Shown piece after piece: positions 57,649-64,000 of a DNA stretch of 64,000 nucleotides. The notes under the pieces were generated by a model, which saw nothing but the letters and a program-made list of their open reading frames with translations, was not told the DNA's origin and ran no database searches. The first letter of the stretch is position 1. Every line of letters begins with the position of its first letter. Where the stretch lies: NCBI GenBank assembly GCA_030647095.1, contig JAUSKH010000043.1:1732-65731 (forward strand), written 5' to 3'. The stretch is from Nanobdellota archaeon (GTDB taxonomy: Archaea; Nanobdellota; Nanobdellia; Pacearchaeales; GW2011-AR1). Both the position numbers and the translations under genes were made by a program.

Positions 57649-59124
57649 TTATTCTATTTTTATTTTGATGGGATGGGATGAATTAAAGAAATTTATGCCT
57701 TCTGCAAGCTTCTCTTTTGATTCTGAATAGAGGGTAAGCAAGGGTTCTTCTCTCTTGATTTTGTTTCCTACATGCTTGTTAAGATAAATTCCTGCTGCAT
57801 GATCTGATGGACAGCCCAAAATTCTTGCTAAAAGATTTATTGATTTATTATCGATAGATATTACTTTTCCTGAAAGTTTAGATTTAATTATTCTAGTGAA
57901 TTTAGCTGGTTTCAAGAGGGTTTTCTTTCTTCCTTGAGCATCTATGATTTCATTAAATTTCTTTAATGCCCTGCCGGAAGTTAAGATTTCCTTAGCAAGT
58001 TTTCTGCCTTGACCTTTTGGAGCTTTTTTCATCATTTCTAGAATAGTAGCAGCTAATAGAATGGACTTTTCTTCTAAATCTTTTGGAGGATTTTGTTGCT
58101 TTAGTACGCTGATAACATCTAACATTTCTAAAACAGGACCGAGGCCATTACCAATAGGTTGGGAACCATCTGTAAGAATTACTTTTATATTTAATTTAAA
58201 ATGGCTGGCAACTTTTAGAAATTCCTTGCTCAATAATTTTGCTTCTCCAAAAGAAACTTTTGCACCATTTCCATAGGGTATGTCAATGAGAATATGTTTA
58301 CTACCTGCGGAGATTTTTTTTGCAATTATAGAAGCAATAAGCTGTGCTTCTGGGTCTATATTAAGAAGCCTTTCGACTCGTATAAGTTTATCATCTGCAG
58401 GAGCTAGGCCAAGAGAACCCCCCCAGGCGAGACAGGCATTTGTCTTTTTTACTATTTCTCTTAATCTTTCTGCAGATAAGTTAACGTTCGCAAGTGTTTC
58501 TATAACATCTGCAGTTCCTGCTGCACTAGTTATCGCTCTTGAGGAAGTTTTAGGCATGATAATGCCTGCTGCTGCACATATAGATATTACAATAGGTGTA
58601 GTTCTGTTACCTGGAATACCACCAATTGAATGCTTATCCGCAATATTATTAGAATGCCAATGGAGAACTTTTCCTGTTTTTGCCATAGCTTCTGTTAAAC
58701 TCAGCGTCTCTTCAAAAGACATTCCATGTTCGTATACTCCTGACACAAAATATGCTATTTCTGCCTCAGTAAGGGAATTGTTAATTATTGCATTAATAAT
58801 TTCACGTATTTCTTGGTTGTTTAGTTCTTTTCCTTCCAGTTTTTTTAGTATATATCTTGTGCTTTTAGGTGAAAGAGCCAGAGAAACGGTTATTTCTTCT
58901 CCTTCTTTAACACCAAGAAATGATGTGGCTTCCCTAGAAAGGGAAATCTGATGATTTGTTAGCAGTTGTTCTGCCAAGTCTACGATTAAAATAAGTTTTT
59001 TTCCATTATATGTTATTTCAATTCTCTCCCCTTCGTGAATGTTATGCTGTTCTGCAAAACCCTTATTAACGAATGCTATAGGGCGACCAGCTTCTAGTTT
59101 AAGTAGTTTAAATTTTAGTTTCAT
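57649..59124 (-). CDS. deoA: AMP phosphorylase (thymidine phosphorylase family)
   Basis: DKHSIGGIPGNRTT, PKTSSRAITSAAGTAD, N-terminal double-psi-barrel-like domain. Confidence 0.93.
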   Translation of the reverse strand: MKLKFKLLKLEAGRPIAFVNKGFAEQHNIHEGERIEITYNGKKLILIVDLAEQLLTNHQISLSREATSFLGVKEGEEITVSLALSPKSTRYILKKLEGKELNNQEIREIINAIINNSLTEAEIAYFVSGVYEHGMSFEETLSLTEAMAKTGKVLHWHSNNIADKHSIGGIPGNRTTPIVISICAAAGIIMPKTSSRAITSAAGTADVIETLANVNLSAERLREIVKKTNACLAWGGSLGLAPADDKLIRVERLLNIDPEAQLIASIIAKKISAGSKHILIDIPYGNGAKVSFGEAKLLSKEFLKVASHFKLNIKVILTDGSQPIGNGLGPVLEMLDVISVLKQQNPPKDLEEKSILLAATILEMMKKAPKGQGRKLAKEILTSGRALKKFNEIIDAQGRKKTLLKPAKFTRIIKSKLSGKVISIDNKSINLLARILGCPSDHAAGIYLNKHVGNKIKREEPLLTLYSESKEKLAEGINFFNSSHPIKIKIE

Positions 59125-59291
59125 TGTCTCTTTTAAGTTAAATTTGATATTTGAGTCTGTGCTAACTTAAAAACGTTTCTTTTGGTAATTCTCTGTGCCT
59201 CAAAGTCCAAGAGACTTTGAAGAGTCCTAAATATTATACAAGTACTTTTTGATATATTTTTGAGTATAGTAAAGATTATAAATAACCCTTA

Positions 59292-59942
59292 ATGAATATC
59301 AATATGCGCGTCGTAGAAAGCACAAGAGTTGAAATTGAAAAAAAGATTGCCCCCATGGGTGATTATGTGAAAATGGAATACCTTTCTCAATGCTTGAAAC
59401 AATCTATTGATTTTGACACAAGAAAGTTTGTTTTATCAAAATTAGCAGCCTTATATGAAAGTCGAGGCATGTTCCTTGAAGCAGGAAAACTTGTAAGAAA
59501 TGCTGCAGATATACATACAAATTTCCAGGCAAAAATAAATGAGTTTGTAAAGTCCGGCGAGTTATTTGTTAAGGCAGGTAATTATGATGAGGCAGATATC
59601 TCTTTTAGAAGAGCATTATCGGATGCAACTCCTTTACAAAGAAAAGAAATAAAGGATAAGATAAAAAAAATTTACATATCCCAAGCTAAATCTTATGGAA
59701 CAAAAGATAAAAGAAAGCATGCTATGAAAGTATATGAAAAATTACTTACTTTGGATATTAATCTTACAGAAAGAAAAGAAGTTCAGACGACATTGATGCA
59801 GATTTATGAAAATTTAGGCAAGATAAAAGAATTCTATGCAATGAAAAGGGCTTTAGAAAATCCTCAGCCTATTAAAATGAAAGAATCTGAAGAAAGAGAA
59901 AGATTCGGGGAAGAAGAGATAAATACATTTCTAAGAAGATAA
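59292..59942 (+). CDS. TPR-like helical repeat protein
   Basis: LAALYESRGMFLEAGK; GELFVKAGNYDEAD. Confidence 0.7.
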   Translation: MNINMRVVESTRVEIEKKIAPMGDYVKMEYLSQCLKQSIDFDTRKFVLSKLAALYESRGMFLEAGKLVRNAADIHTNFQAKINEFVKSGELFVKAGNYDEADISFRRALSDATPLQRKEIKDKIKKIYISQAKSYGTKDKRKHAMKVYEKLLTLDINLTERKEVQTTLMQIYENLGKIKEFYAMKRALENPQPIKMKESEERERFGEEEINTFLRR

Positions 59943-60259
59943 TTTTTTAAATTTTCTATAATATTCCTAAGACATATAGCAACATCTAGGACATTAAAAT
60001 GAAAACTCCTTTAAGGAGTCAAAAAGAATTATTCTGAAACTGATTCAAGACCTTCAAAAAGTTCTTCTTCGTCAACATCGTCATAGCTGCCGAAGTCTTT
60101 GCTGTCTTCTAATTTTTCTGTGCTTTGCACCTCTTTTAGTGCCATAGTAAGTTATTCTTTTTTGAGCCTAATAGTATTTAAATGTTCTTGTTTGAAGAAT
60201 AATTTTTCAAGCATTTTAACTAACAATAGGTTTAAAAAACCATTTTCTGTTAAGAATGC

Positions 60260-60397
60260 ATGGCACAATACAAATGTTTTAAATGTGAGAAACCGATAAG
60301 CAACAAGGTCTTAGATAAGAGATTTGTTTGTCCTCATTGTGGTTCTAAGATTTTTTATAAGCCTAGAGGGCATATAGTAAAGCTTAAGGCGGTATAA
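60260..60397 (+). CDS. rpoP: RNA polymerase subunit P (Rpo12; not in ORF track)
   Basis: YKCFKCEK...CPHCGSKIFYKPR, upstream of prefoldin beta. Confidence 0.88.
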   Translation: MAQYKCFKCEKPISNKVLDKRFVCPHCGSKIFYKPRGHIVKLKAV

Positions 60398-60403
60398 TTT
60401 TAT

Positions 60404-60763
60404 ATGAAGATTGATGAAGAGACAAATAAAAAGATAGAGGAATTACAGTTTCTAGAACAGCATACACAGCATTTACTGGCTCAAAAACAATCTATACAAA
60501 TAGAGCTGAATGAAGCAAATAATGCTCTTGTAGAATTGGAACGTACTAAAGATGAAGTCTATAAGATCTTTTCTGGAATTATGATAAAATCAGATAAGGA
60601 AATTTTGATAAAAGAAATAAAAGAGAGAAAAAAGATTCTGGAAATGCGTTTTGATTCTGTAGATAAACAAAGTATCTTAATTCAGAGAAAGGAAGAAGAG
60701 CTAAGTAAAGAGATAAATAAAACTTTGTCGGATAATTCTGGTAAAGCTTCTAATAAAAATTAA
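60404..60763 (+). CDS. pfdB: Prefoldin beta subunit
   Basis: Coiled coil; ELNEANNALVEL..EVYKIFSGIMIK. Confidence 0.85.
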   Translation: MKIDEETNKKIEELQFLEQHTQHLLAQKQSIQIELNEANNALVELERTKDEVYKIFSGIMIKSDKEILIKEIKERKKILEMRFDSVDKQSILIQRKEEELSKEINKTLSDNSGKASNKN

Positions 60764-60770
60764 TAGTATA

Positions 60771-61040
60771 GAGAGTTTTAAAAAGTTTTTGAGGATTTTT
60801 CAAAACTCTCTAAGAAGGACTCAAAGAACAAAATTCTTTGATATGTCAAGATTTGCATGAAACAAATCTTGATCACAGCAAAAATGGAAACATTTTTGTG
60901 CCATCAAAACTTTTCAAGTTTTGAGGTGCTCAAGAACCCGAGTATGCCTTGGAATTTATTTCGAGGGTTCTTGACACAGTCAACTTTGACAAGTTGAAGT
61001 CTTTGAAAGAAGGGAAAAACAAGGATTATTCAAAGTCCTC
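60771..61040. mobile_element. 270-bp TATA-flanked hairpin-array element (family A, long form with nested 133-bp insert)
   Basis: TATA at 60767-70 and 61041-44; insert 60844-60976 bounded by TGTCAAGA/TCTTGACA. Confidence 0.85.
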
Positions 61041-61107
61041 TATAGCTACAAGTTAATGGTAATAGTGCTACAGCAATATTTATATACTCTTCAAGATAAA
61101 ATCTAAT

Positions 61108-61494
61108 ATGGCATTTAATATACGTCGGATGTTTGGTAAATCTGGGAGTGAAGAGGAATATCTTGAAATAGACCTTGATGCTGTAAAGCCACAGGAAAAT
61201 AAAATTATTGTAAGACCCTTTACAATGAGAACCTACGAAGATGTTAATGACGTATTGAATTCTCTTCGAGAGGGGTACACTATTGCTATAATTGACATTA
61301 AACCTTTGAAAACAAAAGATATTATTGAATTGAAAAGGGCAATTGCCAAGATAAAAAAGACTGTTGACGCGATTGAAGGTTCGATTGCTGGTTTTGGAGA
61401 GAATACTATAATTGCTACACCTCAATTTGCGAAAATACATAAGCCTATTGAGAAGAAAGTCGAGAAGAGAGCTGATTTTATTAGCGATTACTGA
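61108..61494 (+). CDS. sepF: Cell division protein SepF
   Basis: EEYLEID, LREG.TIAIIDI, GSIAG..ENTIIATP. Confidence 0.88.
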   Translation: MAFNIRRMFGKSGSEEEYLEIDLDAVKPQENKIIVRPFTMRTYEDVNDVLNSLREGYTIAIIDIKPLKTKDIIELKRAIAKIKKTVDAIEGSIAGFGENTIIATPQFAKIHKPIEKKVEKRADFISDY

Positions 61495-61606
61495 TTAAGT
61501 TATTTTTAGGTATTTTATAAATATATTTGACATTGTTTCCTCTATATTAAATGTTAAAATTTTCTATTACAATAACATTTATATAGTTTATTGAAATCTT
61601 TTAATT

Positions 61607-61936
61607 ATGACATCCACTCCTGTAGATTTACCAAAAATGGTAACTGGAGAAACCCTAGAACAAGCTTGCGTGAAAGCAGCTGAAGATATGGGTTACAAAG
61701 CAAGACCAAAAGATGAATTTAGCATAAGATATTCTTTAGGTTCAATTCACCAGCATAATGATTATGATGAAACAAACATAAGAATAGGAAATTTAATTCC
61801 GGCATTACAAGTAAGAGGAATTGAAAAAGGAAAAGATCAAAATAGATTCTTTATCTGGACTGGTTGGCCCCACGGTCTTGCTTCGAATAAAAGAGTTCAA
61901 GAATATTTAAGCGCGATTTCTAAATATCTTTTATAA
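61607..61936 (+). CDS. Hypothetical protein
   Basis: 109-aa ORF. Confidence 0.55.
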   Translation: MTSTPVDLPKMVTGETLEQACVKAAEDMGYKARPKDEFSIRYSLGSIHQHNDYDETNIRIGNLIPALQVRGIEKGKDQNRFFIWTGWPHGLASNKRVQEYLSAISKYLL

Positions 61937-62007
61937 TTATCTATCTCCTAAGATGGTGCACAGTTTGTAGCCTATCTTATAGTCTACCAATATGATCTTA
62001 TTTCTAA

Positions 62008-62376
62008 TTATTTTTGTGCAAGTGAAAAGACGGTCTTGAGAGCTACAACAATAGTTGCAGGAACAAACATGGCGAGAAGAGCTGATAGGACAGAGGATAC
62101 TATTCTTCCTATTGCAATTCCTCTGATTGCTGCGTCCAAGACAATTCCTTGCATACCTGCATAACTAACTATTACTAACGATACTGCTGCAAAAAGAAAT
62201 GTTTGCACGTCTTTCTGATATACAAAATATCCGACGATAAGACCTAATACTGCTAGTATACCTGAAATAAGTGGATTAGAATATTGTCCGGCAAAGATAC
62301 CAAGCAAGACTGCTAGTATCACTCCTATTAAAAATGCCCAGGCTCCTATAAGATTCTCCCTTGCTTTTATTGGCAT
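62008..62376 (-). CDS. Four-TM membrane protein
   Basis: GAWAFLIGVILAVLLG...FVPATIVVALK. Confidence 0.75.
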   Translation of the reverse strand: MPIKARENLIGAWAFLIGVILAVLLGIFAGQYSNPLISGILAVLGLIVGYFVYQKDVQTFLFAAVSLVIVSYAGMQGIVLDAAIRGIAIGRIVSSVLSALLAMFVPATIVVALKTVFSLAQK

Positions 62377-62545
62377 GTCATCTCCTCTTATATTCTAGTA
62401 TAGGTATTTATTTAAACTTTATGTTACTGACGTGAAAATCATAGTTTGATACGAGAGTTTATATCGGACTAACACCCTAAAAATGAAAAATCTCCTATTA
62501 CCGAAAAATTTAAATACCCTTTTGTAATTGATAAGTTACAACAAA

Positions 62546-64000
62546 ATGAACACTAAATTAAATACATTCGTTTTTTGCTTGCTTTCTATTGTCTTACTAG
62601 CAAGTATTACGAGCGCGGCAGATTTAACTGTTAGTTTAATAAACGCACCTCAAAATGTAACTCCTAATGCAGGTTCATTCATAGTGAAATTTAATGTTAC
62701 ATATACCGGTCCTAGTTCTAGTGCTAATATTAACTTTGGTGATTCTCAAATAGTTGGTGGAACTGGTACTATTATAAGACCTAACGTTATTTTGGCTCAA
62801 AATCAATCATTATTGCTTGATGCTACTATTAATTTTCCTTCACATCAACCTGCAAATACTCTTCTTCAAGGAATAATAAAGGCAAAGACTGGAACTACTA
62901 CAGCAGAAAGCGACACTTTCTCTGTCAGAATTCTTCCTGTAGAATCAATTACTATTACTAAGATAAAAGATTTAACTACTGCTCAAAATGGAACAATAAA
63001 TGTAACGAATACAGGAAATGTTGATTTGTCTAATATTAATTTGGCTTCTTCGGGAAGTCTTTCGCTAATATTCTCTCCTGCATCAATATCCTCACTATCA
63101 ATGGGTAGCTCACAGATTGTAAATGTATTGCCTAATCTGGACGTTAGCAGTTTGCAATTCGGAAGCAATAGTGCAACTGTACAGGCGACTAGCGGAAGTT
63201 TTACTTCTAATTCTGTATCTATGGAATTAAGAAAATCTTTCTGTAAGAATGGACCTGCGGGAACAAATCTTACAATAGATAGAGTAAAAATCACAAACAG
63301 TGGTGACAAAGATGACAAATGGAGACCTTTAGATCAGGTTACTGTTGATGTTAAATTTAGTAATGACGGAGATGATAACATTGAAGATATAATTGTTGAG
63401 CTAGGCTTATTTGATAGTAAAGGAAAGAATATTGCAAATAATTTTGATTTTAAAAACAAGGATGAAGAGAGTATAAACTACGGGACATTAGATAATGGAG
63501 ACAGTGATGAAGTAAGCTTTGAATTTACTGTGCCTGCTGATTTTGATATAGGAAATTACAGACTTGCAACCAAAGTATATAGTGATGATACTGGTGAAAG
63601 CAAAGATTGTATTGATAATAGTGATAGCGGACTTGATGATGATTTCTTCCAACAGATTGAAGTAGAAAGAGAAACAGACAATGAAAAGTTTATTGCTTTT
63701 GATAATATTGTTATAAGCCCTTCTGAAGCTAGCTGTGGAGATAGTGTAACTTTAACAGTGGATGCTTTCAATATTGGTGATCAGGATCAGGATCAGGTTA
63801 GAATAAACCTAGTTAACAGTAAACTTGCGTTAGATAACTACAAAGAGATTAAGGGGGGATTAGATAAGGGAGATAATGAAGGAGTTAGCTTTAGTTTTAA
63901 TATTCCAAAGAATGTTAAAGATGATACTTATAATCTTGAATTAACAGCTGATTATGATTATAATAGTAGACTTGGAGAATATAGAGAACATTCTGCAGAT
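62546..64000 (+). CDS. Putative S-layer protein (runs off window end)
   Basis: Signal peptide MNTKLNTFVFCLLSIVLLASITSA, long open frame with Ig/CARDB-like repeats. Confidence 0.7.
   Translation, partial: MNTKLNTFVFCLLSIVLLASITSAADLTVSLINAPQNVTPNAGSFIVKFNVTYTGPSSSANINFGDSQIVGGTGTIIRPNVILAQNQSLLLDATINFPSHQPANTLLQGIIKAKTGTTTAESDTFSVRILPVESITITKIKDLTTAQNGTINVTNTGNVDLSNINLASSGSLSLIFSPASISSLSMGSSQIVNVLPNLDVSSLQFGSNSATVQATSGSFTSNSVSMELRKSFCKNGPAGTNLTIDRVKITNSGDKDDKWRPLDQVTVDVKFSNDGDDNIEDIIVELGLFDSKGKNIANNFDFKNKDEESINYGTLDNGDSDEVSFEFTVPADFDIGNYRLATKVYSDDTGESKDCIDNSDSGLDDDFFQQIEVERETDNEKFIAFDNIVISPSEASCGDSVTLTVDAFNIGDQDQDQVRINLVNSKLALDNYKEIKGGLDKGDNEGVSFSFNIPKNVKDDTYNLELTADYDYNSRLGEYREHSAD

Noticed and set aside
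58280-58951. 223-aa plus-strand ORF and similar antisense ORFs (e.g. 29473, 38182, 6577)
   Set aside because: Shadow frames opposite well-supported genes
59199-59229. tcaaagtc/gactttga hairpin, and a weak hairpin near 35354-35383, as full elements
   Set aside because: Probably family relics but too short to define ends
60029-60145. 38-aa acidic minus-strand ORF
   Set aside because: Too short and no recognisable motif
60771-61040. CRISPR array
   Set aside because: No constant repeat with regular unique spacers, and no cas genes in the window

Overview
AT-rich archaeal chromosome segment. Gene content and style point to a DPANN archaeon, most like Pacearchaeota/Woesearchaeota (inference). 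Housekeeping content: nusA-rps12-rps7-EF2-EF1A cluster, rpo10, lemA/htpX, L37ae, tRNA-Pro(TGG), secE/ftsZ, FKBP PPIase, aIF5A, L40e, spt5-L11-L1-L10-L12, tRNA-Ser(TGA), AMP phosphorylase, rpo12, prefoldin beta, sepF and a partial S-layer-like gene. Accessory content: (1) several families of small non-coding elements built from tandem hairpin modules and flanked by TA/TATA. They nest inside each other, two interrupt ORFs with frame-restoring target duplications, and their loops occur in inverted orientation between otherwise co-oriented copies. (2) A probable remote DGR target gene with an NNC-codon variable region. (3) A 2.65-kb IS1/IS6-like element with 19-bp TIRs carrying toxin-antitoxin cargo and a structured intergenic sequence. 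(4) Integrase-less stacked cassettes on both sides of tRNA-Ser, bounded by repeated recombination-like sites. (5) A homospermidine synthase plus decarboxylase operon. All calls come from reading the sequence by eye; no searches were run.
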